DNA of 64,000 nt from Octopus vulgaris (GCA_951406725.2 OX597822.1:8494001-8558000), one strand, 5' to 3'. Shown: positions 27,544 to 42,245, counted from the first letter of the stretch. Numbers and translations are program-made. The notes: a model not told the origin generated them from the letters alone.

Positions 27544-27595
27544 GAATGTGTGCTTCAGTATGTTCGTGAGTCTGTATGTGCCTATCTATCTACAG

Positions 27596-27756
27596 AGGCA
27601 ATGGAGTGGCTGTGTAGTAGGAAATTTGCTTCTCAGCCACATGGTTCTGGATCCAGTCCGACTGCGTGGCATCTTAAGCAAGTGTCTCTTACTATAGCCC
27701 CGAGCAGACAAAAGCCTTCTGAATTAAGTAGACGGAACCTGAAAGAAGCTCGTCAC

Positions 27757-27757
<1 letters not shown>
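27596..27757 (+). mobile_element. SINE family A, diverged 5' part
   Basis: GGAGTGGCTGTGTAGTAGG..CCACATGGTTC..GTAGACGGAACCTGAAAGAAGC. Confidence 0.8.
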
Positions 27758-27810
<53 letters not shown>

Positions 27811-27824
27811 CAAAAGAAAAACAG

Positions 27825-27895
27825 GACGCAAAGGATTTTGCGGTACATGTGTTTCGGGCTTTATTGAACAGCTTATTCTTATGTCAATGCATAAT
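27825..27895 (-). repeat. Fragment of the 24750-25207 HHR family (3' half of the HHR)
   Basis: GCGGTACATGTGTTTCGGGCTTTATT matches 24768-24794. Confidence 0.65.
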
Positions 27896-27937
27896 TGATA
27901 TAACAGATAGATCAAAAGCCTATTCTTATATCAATGC

Positions 27938-28036
<99 letters not shown>

Positions 28037-28726
28037 CCAAAGAAACCAAAGCATGAAAACAGAGACAAAATAAGACGCATGCTCACACGCAAGCGTTACT
28101 GAATAATAATTTTTCAAATCAGATATTTATGTTCTTTACTGTTCGTAGGTAATTAAACTTCTCATTGGCTATTTCAATAGTTAAAGATCTTTTATCAACC
28201 AGTATTTCTTACAAAATCCAAGAATTCTTAATTTAACATTGATCTGAATCTGGTTCAGAGAGTAAACTCATTTTACATTGCTTTAAAAGTAAAGAAAATC
28301 AATAGAGATGAAACAAATATAACTAATTATCCCCAACTAGACTTAACTTATCCATCAATGCATATCTGCAAAGTTACCGATGAAATATGTAGCTATCACT
28401 TTTGTTTGTGTGTTTTGTTTTTGTTGGTAAATATTTCCTTTTGAGATTATTCTCCTGTAGAGCATTGTACACCTGTAATGCAGTCTAGATAAATATTCAT
28501 ATTCGGCACAAATGTTATTTCCATAATAAAATAGCTCATTAGTACTTCTTTCCTTTTAATATTTAAAACCCAGCAGCGGTAGATTCACTAATATCTCATG
28601 GGTTTTAATAGCTTACTATCCTCCTTTGGATAATGTTTATAACTTTCTAACACACGCACAAACACATAAACATATATGCGTATGCGTACCTGTGTGTGTA
28701 TAGATAAGTTAATATATATATATTTA

Positions 28727-28788
<62 letters not shown>

Positions 28789-28791
<3 letters not shown>

Positions 28792-29978
28792 GGTGGGGAA
28801 GCAAAATTTACAATATTTTGAGGCAGGGATTGAAAGACAGTTTGTTTATTGAAAGTCATGCGAATTTATTTGACACAAGACAATTTACATAATAGAAAAT
28901 ATTTTTATTCTATTTGTCCTCCTTCTTTCTCAATAACTGCCTTCACACGCTTCCTGAAACTTGCACAGGCGTTCCTCAAATATTCGGGAGACAACTTCTC
29001 CCATTCTTCTTTAATAGTATCTTTAAGAGAGTTGACATTGCTGTGTGATGTACTATTGGTAGCATGTTCTAAAACGCCCCAAATAGCATAATCCAGAGAG
29101 TTTAGACCTGGGCTAGAAGTCGGCCATAAACATGATTCCAAAGATTGCTAAAGTTGGATTTGGAGAAATATTGTATTTTTCTAGCTGTGTGTGCTGGGGC
29201 ACCATCCTGTGTCCATACATAATTCCCATCTGGGTAGCTTGCTTTAAGCCATGGCAATACCTCGTATCTCAGAGTCTTGTAGTAAGTATTAACATTGATC
29301 TTTTCATCAGCTTTGTAGAATTTTATAGGGATTTTCTTTCCATCGGAAGCCACAACACCAAAAGCCATAACTTGAGCAGGATCTTTTATTTTGAATATTC
29401 CTTTAACCTCAGCTGTTGACTTTTTCTTGAACCATGTGATAATTTTCTTGCATTTCTCCAATCTCTTTTCTTTCATAGCTGTTGTCAACAAGTGTTTTGG
29501 TGCTCTTGTGTAAGATTTTAACCTCAAGTCATATTTTACAGCATTTCTAATGGTCTTGTTGTCTACCTCAAGTTCAATTGCCATTTTCCTCATGGATCTG
29601 GTTGGATCCTTTAGGATTTTAGATTTGAGTGCTTTAATAAAAGCTTTGGTACGATTTTGTTGATTCCCCAACTTCCAGACTTCCTCGTAATAGTTTTAGT
29701 CATAGTCATTCTATTTTTTACATTATAAACAGTCTTTATGGACACTCCAACTATTTTTGAAATCTCTTTTGGTGTGACGAGTGCATTCAGAAAATCACAC
29801 ACTCTTTGACGTTTGCTTTTCTGATTACTCATATGGGCAAACGTTTCTGAAAAGGTAATGATAATAGAGTTAGGTATGAGTATGACATCAGTATATGCTA
29901 GGTTTCAAAACAATTGTCTTCGTGCCTGGTGAGAAAAAACAACTTAACTTTCATTGTAAATTTTGCTTCCCCACCCTC
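28789..29978 (-). mobile_element. DD37D/maT-like Tc1/mariner element with both 26-bp TIRs; transposase frameshifted and internally deleted
   Basis: TIR CAGGGTGGGGAAGCAAAATTTACAAT at both ends, flanked by TA; ORF pieces 29611-29832, 29102-29671 and 28905-29141 with HTH, WTQDGAPAH and WPTSSPGLNSLDYAIW; the region of the first catalytic D appears missing. Confidence 0.93.
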
Positions 29979-29996
29979 TATATATATATATGTATG

Positions 29997-30076
<80 letters not shown>

Positions 30077-30079
<3 letters not shown>

Positions 30080-30422
30080 CTTATAAACAAGGGCACAAGG
30101 AAAAAATTATAATGCCAAATATGCCGAAAATAGACAAATTGTCAGCAACCATATAATTTCACACTATAAACACGCGTCTTGAAGTAAGGCGACAGACATT
30201 TCTTAAAAATTCCGTTATTATCGTATCGGTCCCATTTTCAGAGTTAATTCATAAGAATTTTATCCTCGTCAGCGATAAATACGTAAGACATAAATGAGAT
30301 ATTTACTCATACCCAATGGAAGAAGCAACCACTAAGTCATGAGCAGAACTAAGTACCCCAAATATATCCAAAATAGAAAATCTCCAGCACATCTCAAGAC
30401 ACGTGCGATTCGAATTGAAAAC
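30077..30422 (-). mobile_element. PLE pLTR-like repeat with HHR at 30218-30278
   Basis: Minus strand TTATCG-CTGACGA-GGA..TCT-GAAA-ATGGGACCGA-TA-CGATAA with perfect stem I; homologous to 42528-42870. Confidence 0.75.
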
Positions 30423-30529
30423 TATTGACACATTTTCTGTGCCCTGTCCGATTTATTATTACTTGTTCCCACTTTTTCGAAATCAGTGACTTTTCGTCAC
30501 TGGAAAAAGTATCTATGTATTTGGATTGA

Positions 30530-30770
30530 GAGCCACTTCCCATCGCAAATCAGTGGTTGCCACACGTTGATGACGGGTCACTACCAAGAAACTCGGGTCT
30601 GCGTGTATCACGTCAGGCGGGAGATGGAAAATATTACTTCCCTTTGCAAATACTGATAGGGCGCAGAAATAATGTCAATAGCCAGTTGGATATGTCTTCC
30701 TGGGGCTACTAGCTACACTAGCACCAACCCTTAAGGGCTAGCCATATTTAGGTGGCAAATATACCTCACG
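30530..30770 (+). mobile_element. Diverged copy of the 43221-43750 family, degenerate HHR at 30561-30605
   Basis: CACACG-TTGATGA-..-GAAA-CTCGGG-TC-TGCGTG; shares CCATCGC, GTGTATCAC and CCTGGGGC blocks. Confidence 0.65.
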
Positions 30771-30790
30771 AGATGTGTATATATATATAA

Positions 30791-31397
30791 ATTTAAACAC
30801 ATAAGAGATGACCATAATAGGACATCTGACTCACTAGAAAGCGCAGTTAAACTCCAAACCACTAATAGTTGTAATTCTGAATGTGAAAGAGAAATAAAGA
30901 CGTTTACCCTATCTTTCTTGGACTATGCATATTTTCGGCAATCTTTTGTAAATAAAATAAAATAATTTTATTTTACAATTGGCGTTGCCATCTTCAGCAG
31001 GAAGCCAAGGCTAACATATAGGCACGAGGCGATAAGGATTATGCCTCGAGTCTATATGCTATAACTTTTCGAAATCCGCCACGCACGCGCGGTTTTTCAG
31101 CAGTAAATATAACTGCCGATTTTCTTTCAAAATTAGCCCAAAATTCCTTTTATCATTAATTAATAAATCTTAGGGTATCAAAAAAATTTTAGGAAAATTC
31201 TACAAAAATTCTCCGGTGCCAGTGGTCTAGCGAGAAGGAACAAATAGTCAATAGACTATATAATCTATATAATATATATTTAAACACATAAGAGATGACC
31301 ATAATAGCACATCTGACTCACTAGAAAGAGCAGGTAAACTCCAAACCACTAATAGTTGTAATTCTGAAAGGGTAAGAGAAATAAAAACGTTTACCCT
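30791..31397. repeat. 120-bp direct repeat pair (30791-30910 / 31278-31397), partial-tandem element
   Basis: ATTTAAACACATAAGAGATGACC...CGTTTACCCT repeated with period 487; bounded by (TA)n and (TC)n. Confidence 0.85.
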
Positions 31398-31411
31398 CTC
31401 TCTCTCTCTCG

Positions 31412-31447
<36 letters not shown>

Positions 31448-31985
31448 GAATAGTAATTGTCTGTTGTAGGATTTGGCGTGATACTTTGTTGAAATTAAAC
31501 CAATTATTGAACGGAATATACGTGTTAGGCATTCATATATAAAAACAAAAGCTCCTAATTTCATTTAACCACTTATCATTCGTTGGCAAGAATCATTTCC
31601 TACCTGGTAAGTGACACAATCATCGCTTTGAGCCAAGTCTAATGGCCAGTACAAAAAGGACTCGGAATTTTAAATGTAACGTTTCCCCTCAATTTTTATA
31701 TGACAACCATTTTGCTCGACTTGCATATTGTGATTTGAGAGATTATATCTAAAATTCTGAGGTCCCTATACATACATTGAGAAACAACTCGGTTGGTATA
31801 TAACCATCTCTAGCTGAACTCTTAGCCCAAGTGAGAAATACATAAAACACCAACGCTAGACATGTAGTAACTTGTACAGCATTATTTGAGTACATCTTTT
31901 AATAAGTTAAACGCTCCCCATCCTTCCCATATTCACCTCAAGAATTTTGCGTCGGTGTCTCGGTGCACACTCATTTTTGGATATA

Positions 31986-32362
31986 CACTACCGTCAGAAA
32001 TTAATTAGCACGCTTGATTTGCTCTTCACTCAAGGTATGTGCTGTCACCTAGTGGCCATATCTCGAACTATTGCTTTGTTGCGAGTTCACTGTTGCGCAG
32101 AACGATGACGTAACTTTGTTTGCAGAGCAGTTTGAGAGTCTACAGCCTTATGATGTTGACATAGCAGTGCAACAACTTGGAGTGCGGATGCAGACAAATC
32201 TTCCTTTGTTTAATAGATATAGGTAGCGCCTCGGAAGGACCGAAATCACACCATACTAAGTTTTCTCATCGCGTAAGACGTTTTGAACAGCTCATAGGTT
32301 AATTGATTTAACCTATTTAATGTAGAAATTTGAGAAGTGCTAATTAATTTCTGACGCAAGTG
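31986..32362. mobile_element. Tc1-type MITE
   Basis: TIR CACT(AC/TG)CGTCAGAAATTAATTAGCAC at both ends with flanking TA. Confidence 0.85.
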
Positions 32363-32890
32363 TATATCTATACATACAGAAAAAGAGAGAGAAATTGTGG
32401 GAATGACAAGCATATACAGAGTATAATAATTTACCCTACATCTTTTCACATACAAATAGGGATATTCAACATGAATACATGTTTTAATTAATGCACGCAG
32501 TAGTTGCATTCAAAATGTATTTGATCAGTATGAGAAAAACTATAAAATCCTATTTGTTTTATTATTTGATTATTATTAAAGCACGCCTGCATTCTTGAAT
32601 ACATGCTTACAGCATTCATTCCGTTTAAACGAAACTACTTTCAGGTGATTTATAGCAAATTTCACCTGCTTGATTATAACATTCATTATTGTCCAAGGAA
32701 GAAATAGAAATGTCACAATTTCGAAGTTTCAGCTCACCACGATGAATTGTTTCTGATTGTTTGTGTGCACATGTGCATTATGTTGTCCGTTGCATGCGTG
32801 TAGTGCATGCATATATATATATATACACATATACGAATATGTGCATGTATATAAGCATATATGTGTACATATATGTACATAATATATATA

Positions 32891-32925
<35 letters not shown>

Positions 32926-32999
32926 CGTACACATATATATGTGTATATATAATACATATATATATATGTTCATATATATATGCATAAGTATAAGTATGT

Positions 33000-33059
<60 letters not shown>

Positions 33060-35262
33060 GTATTATGTATGTATATATACAGGTACATACATGTGTTGTG
33101 TGAAAATGTCCATAAATGGCATGCTTGTAAGGGAGATATTATTAGGTAAGACAGCGCTAGTAATGTTCGCTTCCTGTCAGATTATATTAAATTTTATGGA
33201 ATTGGATGGTCTCTTAAAGGAAGTGGGAACTGATAAAAATATTTCATAAATATTAGAAAATTTATTATAAGGTATGTGTGATTATATAAATTTGTGGTTT
33301 CGTGAATCATAAATCGTATTTCTACCCTAAATAGCATATTTAACATTGAGATATAATGCAGTAGGAAATTTAAAATGGGAAAATGGATAGGCTTTCGGGA
33401 CGGACAAAATAATAGATTATTGTAAGTGCTTGTTTTCATGTTCTCATTCGAACATAATATGCGTGTAAGTACATGGAGAAGGTTCTACAGGATTCTTAAT
33501 ATCCTGGCTTAACTGCAAATTTGTTACCCAAATATAAAGAATAAATATAATGCCGAATAGGAGAAAGATCCTGTAATTATATACCCAATATTTTAATATA
33601 AATATTTCATTATCTAGTATGAAAATTGCATACTCAGAAATTAAGTAAAAAGTAGTTCACACAAACATGCTCAGATATACATCACTTCAGCATATGTACC
33701 CAATTATACATTGGACATCGTAACTTCCATAAATGTAACATTAGAATATCAAATGTCAAGTTCAAACGCCGCACAACCTCAAAATAAAATAGGAATGAGA
33801 AAACTAAATATAGGAATATCAACCAAAATAAACCAGGCAGCCAGAAAATTAGCATATATTTCTATCGAGCAGAAAACACATAGCTCAAAACAGTATTTGC
33901 CGTAATTAGCAATATGAACTGCAACAATGTCAACCAGCATTGTCAAAATAGCTTTAAATGATACATTGGAAAAGTAATGCCCTAATCACCCTTTTGACGA
34001 ACATTTCTCACCAATATTGACACAAAGTGGATAGAACGTTATAGAAATTCTGGAAGTAATTAATTTCAAAAACACAATCCTTCTCCGATATACATACGCA
34101 ATTTAGACAAAAACGGCTATTTATTTATGTACAGTCATTATCTCCAACAGTTCATAATTTTTAATTGAACACTATCTCGTGTAAGTCAAGATGTGAAATA
34201 ATTGCTTTTTTCATTTTCGGGTTTTCAGGAACAGAATCAATACTACGGATAGTATTTTTCTTGACTGCCAAACTGCATCACATCTAATTGTGCAGTGCAT
34301 ATGGAAGTTGTGTTTAATATGATACACTTGTTTTAAATACAAGCTTAGTCTTCCCCAAACTCAGAAAGTATATTCGAAACGGATACAATCGAAATGTAAT
34401 TTTTTTTTAATCTCAGCAATACAAGAGTTGATGGTCAAAGCTAGTTAGTATTCAGTAGTGGGCTTTATGAATGAAGCTGAACAATAAGTAGAAGTATCGT
34501 AAGATATTTAAAGAATTCGGCAATAAAAAATTCGACTCAAAATAACGCGGTCATCAATTTGAAAAAAACAACATTCACTTACATCAAAAATTACATACAG
34601 ATACGGAGCAATGAAGATTACACCCGACTGTAGACGATATTTACTTTATTTACTCACGCTCGGTGTATGAAAAAATGTCTCCTTAAATGTTGTGACCTCT
34701 ATAATTTACGCATATTACAAAGAATATCAACCAGCTTCAGTACAGAATATAACTGAATGATGGGCTCAAATATCAAAGTATGACGTGCCATCCATTTCAC
34801 AATTGTTTCTGCAAACATCCTCAGGTAAAACTTTAAGGAGATAAGTATAATATAATTGCATGCACAATACTAAACAAATGTTGTCTTTTGATATTGGAAT
34901 ATACGGGCACAATGTTGCGTTTCATTGATATAATCTACTTTAGAAGATTATAGCTTAAATCTCTAGAGTACTAAAGCCTGTAAAAACTAAATTAATATTT
35001 TCCACTTTGATAAATCGAATTTTGCTAATACACACAGATTCTACTGAAATTTCATAGAAATCTTCGTGAAGCTAATTTACATATGTGCATACATTTTCCT
35101 TCCACGCATACCATAGATTGCTCCACCAAACCTCTCACACTTCAGTAGCATAAACATCATGCAAATAGGTAATTATATTAAATCCACAAACCGCTCTTCC
35201 AATGTTCCACACCAACAAAAAAGTAGGCTATCAATGTGTAGTAATACGTAAGATACAGATGT

Positions 35263-36450
35263 ATCAGGTTGATGCAAATGTAATGATCATTTTTTCTGGA
35301 AACAGTTTTATATAGTATTATTTGAAATTGTGCCTCTTGTAACGTTTTAAGAATGTCACAATGAGTAATTTTTACATTGTGTTTTTTTTTTCAGATTCTA
35401 ATTGCATTGGCAATAAACCTCTGCTATATTCGCACTCATGCCCATCCCATCTAAAGATCACATTAGAGATGTCTTACTCTATATGAGTTTCAGAAAGGTG
35501 TAGATGCAAGCCCAGCAGCAATGTCTCTTCGGAGAGTTTATGGGGATATTGTAGTGAATGCAAGAAGTTGCAAGAGATGGTTTTATCGCTTCAGATGTCG
35601 GGATTTAAGTTTGAAAGAGGAGCCAAAAAAATGTCGTTCAAAACAACTTGATTCCGAAGAGTTGGAACCGCTCCTTGTAGAGAATTTACAGAGCAGTTTA
35701 ACGTAGCTCATACAGCTCTTCTATGCCAACTGAAAGGATCGGAAATGTTTCAGTCGTTGGCAAATGGGTCCTGCGCGAATTGTCTCTAAAGAATATGTAA
35801 CATTGTGTTGTTTGTTGTCAGCCAATGCCTTCATGACACCATAAAGAACCATTTTTAGGAAGGTTTGTTACAGCTGATGAGAGGCGCAGCCTTTACGATA
35901 ATGTTAAATGCCGCCGACCGTGGTTCAGTCGAAGAGGAAGTCTTGTTCAAACACCAAGAGGAGGACTTCATCCAACGAAGATCCTATTGAGTATATATAT
36001 GGTGGATATATTGTAGGAATTGTCCATTACGCACTCTTTGACAACAATCAAACGATTACTGCTAATCTCTACGGTGATCAACTTTGAAAGTTGTTTTCAA
36101 CAGAAAGCGATCCTACTTATTCAACTGAAAAGGTGTCATCTTCCACCATGATAATACTAGTTCTCACACAGCTCGACTGCCCAAAGATTTGTTGGAAGAG
36201 CTTGGTTGGTAAATTTTGCTTCATCTTCCATATTCTCCAGACATTCCTACTTCTGACAGTCACTTGCTTCGAAGACTACTGAAGTATTCGAAGGGTCTTA
36301 GGTTGACATGAAGAGAAGTGGTTCGAAATACGTTGGGTTCATATTTCACATCAAAGCCTAAACAATTTTACAAGTGTGACATTTAGAAGCTTGTTGAGAG
36401 GTGAAATGACGTTCATGAAAGCGACGGAAATTTTTAACGAATAAATATTG
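35263..36450 (+). mobile_element. Decayed mariner (DD34D-type) transposon
   Basis: TATCAGGTTG terminus; MPIPSKDHIRDVLL; GKWVLREL; VTADER; FHHDNTSSH; HLPYSPDIPTSDSHL. Confidence 0.85.
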
Positions 36451-36519
36451 TCTTAATCCATATATGGCCATAAAAAATTTCACTGTCTTAAACCATATAT
36501 GTCCATAAAAAATTTCACT
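36448..36519. repeat. ~36-bp tandem duplication at the mariner right end
   Basis: TGTCTTAA.CCATATATG.CCATAAAAAATTTCACT twice. Confidence 0.8.
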
Positions 36520-37932
36520 AGAAGCGTCATCGCATTCAAATATTTCGTTGGAGTAATGTAGAGCTCATCTATACTTAGATTATATTAAAAGGCTTGTCAT
36601 TTACTAGACGCGAAAAATGTCCAAATATGTATCCAACTACGGAGCGACAAATAAAACATGAAGTAAGACATTATTAGCATCCGCAAGTCGTACAAGCAGA
36701 AGGGGAGCCACAACGAATCTCGAAAGATCGAGCTATATTATTTCATATGTAATCATATCATACAAAAGGGCAACAAATATCGGTTTCCTAAGAACAAGAC
36801 AAATTGCCGAAAGAAAATCTCCCACCTTAATCGCCCATCATACCCAGACAATATCTAATGTACATTTAAATATCTACGGGCTATATTCAATGTCGTTTTG
36901 TTGGGGGAAGATTTACAATATTAAATGTATTTTTGACTTTGAAAAAAAAAGTTTTACAAGTGTTCACTACCTTAAAATAACTATTTCAGCTAAGCAAGTA
37001 AACTTGTCTAAATGCATGAAAAATATAAGATATGCAGGACACTATTTCAGAAAAAGCTCACCTTTTTCTATTAGTATTGAGATGGGCAAAATGAGTAGCG
37101 CTAGATAATAGCTTAAATTTGCTTGTTCATTTGAAACATTGAAGCATTTGAACAACTATCGAAGTTGTTCATGAAAGTTTTGAAAAATAACTCGTTTATA
37201 CATCTCACTATCCGGCCTCAGACATCAGAAAGTTCAGAAATGCGAACAAAACTAAAAATATCTAGATCAAATGAAAGATGATCATGGGAAAATTGCAGAT
37301 GATATGAAATTAACAAAACTCGACTAAATCTAAAATCGTAACAAAATCTAAAAACTCAGCATAAAACATTTCGGCACTTGTGAGTGGCTCTCATCCCGAT
37401 ATATTTTCGCAATAAGAGAGAAGACATTGATGAAATTTGATATTACACATTTTGCCCCAACATACACTTTTTTTTTTATAAATTGAAAATTATGAACTTA
37501 GGCATTAGTATCTGAAAAAATTGAATTGGAATCCAAAAGAGAAAAGAATTTTGATAGTTAAATGAAAAATTATCCGGATAATTTATTAGCATCGTCTCAA
37601 ATGTGAGGAAAATTACTTGAAAAAAAAAATGTATCTGTCGTCTTACTATTTCAAATTCTTTCAACTTCAACAACGACAAATATGATGACCAATCTTTATT
37701 CCCAAAGCTGAAGCAACAATGATGATGCATTACTTGCAATATAATATATTCTAACATGTTGCGAGAAAGTAAGGCAAACAACAAATTGCTAATTTTCCCC
37801 CACTTTTGATGTCCTTATTCTGTGCTACAGGGTAGAATAAAAAAAAATTCCTTCTTGAGACATTGGCTCATATGTTCCGATTCCGGCTTCTATGGACTAT
37901 AGAATATACTACTGTATATTCCCTCTGGAATA

Positions 37933-38272
37933 TCTATCTATCCACTCAGTCGAAGTCGACTTTCGGTCACTCGTTGGATCAGTGTCCTCCAGTCAGTTCT
38001 ATCATGGGTCGCTTCTTTCAGATTGGCTATGTCCATTCCGGTATCCCTCTTGATGGTGTCAAGCCAGCTGGTTCTTGGTCAGCCTCTTCCTCTCTTGCCA
38101 CTGACCATGTTAATTTCCTATCATCTGCCATTTTCCCATGATCATCTCCTGCTTCATTCCGTTCTCCTAATGTCTGCTTCTGCCCTTTCCCCAATTTTGG
38201 CATTGAAATCTCCCAGAATATACACAACATCTGCTCGTGGTGTTTCCTCGATTGCGCCCTGAATTTCTGCAT
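37933..38272 (-). mobile_element. Internally deleted RTE-clade LINE (endonuclease piece joined to 3' end)
   Basis: VVYILGDFNAKIGKG..LGERNEAG (APE), then MVSGKRGRG*PRTSWLDTIKRDTG..DRTDWRTLIQRVTESRLRL and a (GATA) tail. Confidence 0.8.
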
Positions 38273-38281
38273 ATACAGTAG

Positions 38282-38316
<35 letters not shown>

Positions 38317-38987
38317 ACTGGAATATTTGGAAATATATAGGCCATTAGGCAGGACACCGGTCTGTCGCAGGAGTACACTAGACTATCTATATCCTGTAGA
38401 TCATATTCGGCATTATACTTCAAATATTTGTTCCCTGCACCCTAATTCTATACTCCGAGCAATCTATATTCTTATGATTTCATAGATCCATTTTACTGCA
38501 GGATAACAAGAAACATCCGAGCGTTTTAAATACTGCATTTGGATATAACTTCATTAAATATGTTTTTTTACTATAATGTACTTAATAAATAATAACGCTT
38601 CAAGATATCTTTCATAACTCATAAAATTATTGCCCTTTTACAAGATTGTAACATCTTTAATACTAAGCACAAATTATCTACAAATTTTGGGTAGTTTCAT
38701 ATACATCTCGAATATATAATTAGGCAGCACTTAATTTCAAATTCTAACACAAGGCAAGCAATTTTAGAGGAGTGGGGGTAAATCGGTTTCAAAGACCCCC
38801 GTTACTCAACCAGTACTTATTTATCAACACAGAGAGAAGTTGATGTCAGAATACGTATTTCTGTGTATATTGGCCATTGTATCACAATTAAAAGATACAC
38901 GAGTATGTAAACGTATGTGTACATGCGTTTGTGTGTGTGTGCGTGTGTGTGTGTGTGTGGAGGGGGTCTGTGTCTGTGTTATACATA

Positions 38988-39238
38988 CAGGGTTGGCCAG
39001 TATGTTATGCATACAGTGTTGGCTAGCCAGTCACTCGACAGTAAATCAAAATTCCATAATTACTATATGTAGTTATGCAATTCTGTATTGACCCGAATGG
39101 AAAAATATGTCACTTAAGAAATTCAGTTGGAACAATTGTTTCATATTTAGATGTTTTTAATAAATTCATTAATTTGATAAACGTCAATAAATTTTGGATT
39201 AAATTGTTTTGTTTTAATCAGGTGACTTTTGGCCAACC

Positions 39239-39241
<3 letters not shown>
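38988..39241. mobile_element. Tc1/mariner-type MITE
   Basis: TIR CAGGGTTGGCCA / TGGCCAACCCTG with TA flanks; a degenerate second left end at ~39014. Confidence 0.8.
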
Positions 39242-39279
<38 letters not shown>

Positions 39280-39832
39280 AGAGACATGCATGTATATTTC
39301 GGGAAATGTATGAAGATAAGCAAATGTAAGGAGATAAAAAGATAACCCTTAACAGAAGCCAAAGCGGAAATTGTTTTTTCTTTCGTAGTCATTGTGGTTA
39401 TTCTGACATTTACATTCGCATATATTCTAAATTTCACAAAACTCTAAACAAAGACAAAAATATTTCTAGTTCTTAAAGTTAGTAAATTGGGATATGGGAA
39501 GGACTATAGAAATTAAGTTTGTTGTATACAAGTATCGAGATAAAAGAGTAAGTTAAGGTATCCTGTGTAGGCGAAAGGTAGGATGGAATCATTATAAAAG
39601 AAATCAGTGGATAAACGAGAAAGAAATATGTGAAAATGGAATGTAAGAAAGAACAATTGAGAGAATCTTATGGAAAGAGATTGTTTACAGATGTTGTTCA
39701 CATGAAAGAAATGATGGTAAAAATTCCTAGATTCTACTGTATCCGAATAAGTATAGGGTAATTATATTTTAACATCAATTGAGAATTTATATTAATATAA
39801 ATGATAAGGAATGAAATTAGAAATTAATTAAT

Positions 39833-40264
39833 CTCTTTTACTCTTTTACTCTTTTACTTGTTTCAGTCATTTGACTGCGGCCATGCTGTAGTCCCGCCTT
39901 TAGTCGAGCAAATAGACCCCGGGACTTATTCTTTGTAAGCCCAGTACTTATTCTATCGGTCTGTTTTGCCGAACCGCTAGGTGACGGGGACGTAAAAACC
40001 CCAGCATCGGTTTTCAAGCAATGCTAGGGGGACAAACACAGACACACAAACACAGACACACAAACATATACACACACACTTATATATATATATACATATA
40101 TACGACAGGCTTATTTCAGTTTCCGTCTACCAAATCCATTCACAAGGCATTGGTCGACCCGAGGCTATAGCAGAAGACACTTGCCCAAGATGCCACGCAG
40201 TGGGACTGAACCCGGAACCGTGCGGTTGGTTAGCAAGCTACTTACCACACAGCCAGTCCTGCGC
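39833..40264 (-). mobile_element. SINE family A, copy 4
   Basis: Reverse-complement full-length match. Confidence 0.92.
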
Positions 40265-41545
40265 TGACTAAGATATGAGAGTAATGAGGAGTCAAAATAA
40301 TCAGAAGGTAGAGAATCACGGATATTTGCAAGGACAATTTAACATCAGTTTACAATTGTATGACTGTAAAGTAAGTAAATGTGCCGATTGTATATAGCGT
40401 AGAATCCTCTGTCGATAGGATACATTTGCAGAACTAGAAAGGGTATGAAACACAGCAAGGAAAGTTAAAAGAACATAAAATAAAATGCACGAAATATTAT
40501 GAAAAGACACCATAAAATATCAGAAATATATATGATACATTAGCTGGAAAAATATACTAAATTTTCAACCACAATAAAAATGAAGTTTTGCATTAAAAAT
40601 AAAATAGCAAACAATTCGGTAAACTGAAAAAGTGTTTGCAATATATAAATGCAAGTCGTTTCGACTGTCATAGAGAAAAAAAAAAAAGACTTAAGTGTCG
40701 AAACGATATTTCTTGAAAAGTTAAGTTTTATGCTGTGTCTCACAATAATTATAACACAATTCATTCTGCCAAATTATGTTTCAACTTGTTCCAAAATATC
40801 GGATAATTTCAAAGAAATTACCGATATAATTTTGCAATATATTCAGGACAAAGTTTCTTAATATTCATTCGGTTTTTTTTTTTTTTTGATAATTTGAATC
40901 TTGCACATTAGTTTACTTGCAAAATTACAAAGCAAACGTTTTCGTTGGCCTTTAGGTAGCACGAACACTAGCCTCTAGATTCAGTAAATGCTAGTGCTAT
41001 ACGCTATAATCAAGAAGCGATCATAACTTCGTATATTACTCACCAAACCGATTGCAACCTTTTTTATTCTGTTCTTGACACCAGGAATATACTTTCTGGG
41101 TCTTTGAATATTCTCGAATCCGTTTCATCACTTGCTAAGAGTTTATCGACACGTGTTTTATCATCAGGTACACTTCCCATTGGTTACCTAATTAATGTAG
41201 CTGTTTTTCAATGTTTTACTTTATTTTATATTAGAAACATTAGTACTCAGTCTGGTGCAAGTGAAATATTTAAACAGAAGGCAATACAAACCAAGTAGTA
41301 CTTCTGATGTTATAGCATAATTATCACAATAAAAATACATCCATCTTATGGCAATATGAAGACTCATTATCTTTACAATATTCATATTCCTTCCAAAAGT
41401 TAGAAGAAACAGGAATCCATAGAAATTCTTCAAAACGAAAATATTTTATGACATGATATTCTCCTTTCAATTTCACTTTATTTTGTGATTCTGAATGAAT
41501 ATTCAGAGGAGGCACACAGCACTCACATACATGTGTGTGTGTGCA

Positions 41546-41617
<72 letters not shown>

Positions 41618-41877
41618 AGATGCATATTATTTATAAAAATAATTTTGTTGGTGGCCGCGAGCATAAAGCTGCATAGGTAAATTAATGAATTATGTATAAT
41701 ATATATAGGTATATTTATATATACTACGGTACTACATAAGTACCTGCTTCGCTAAAAATAGAAGTAAAAATGCTACTAAGCCACAGAGAAATCTCTGGTT
41801 TATAAGTACTCTGACTTCTATTTTTAACGAAGCAGGGACATATGTAGTACCCCAGTATATATATATATACATATATA

Positions 41878-42245
41878 GGCGCGGGAGTCTCTGCGTTGTA
41901 AATAACTCGCTTACCAACCACATGGATCCGGGTTGAGTCACAATGCGTGGAACGTTCGGCAAGTGTCTTCTACCATATCCTCGGGCCGACCAAGACCTTG
42001 TGAGTGGATGTGGTAGATGAAACTTTGTGTGTGTGTGTGTTCCCCCACACAACGTCGCATGACAACCGATGCTGGTGTGTTTTACGTCCCTGTTATCTAA
42101 CGGTCCGGCAAAAGATAACTATAGAATAAGTAGTAGGCTTACGAAGAATAAGTCCTGATGCCGATTTGCCCGACTAAATGCGGTGCTCCAGCATGGTCGC
42201 AGTCAAATGACTGAAACAAATATAAGAATATAAGAATAAAAGAAT
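41878..42245 (+). mobile_element. SINE family A, diverged copy 5
   Basis: Same head, body and GCAGTCAAATGACTGAAAC tail. Confidence 0.88.
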
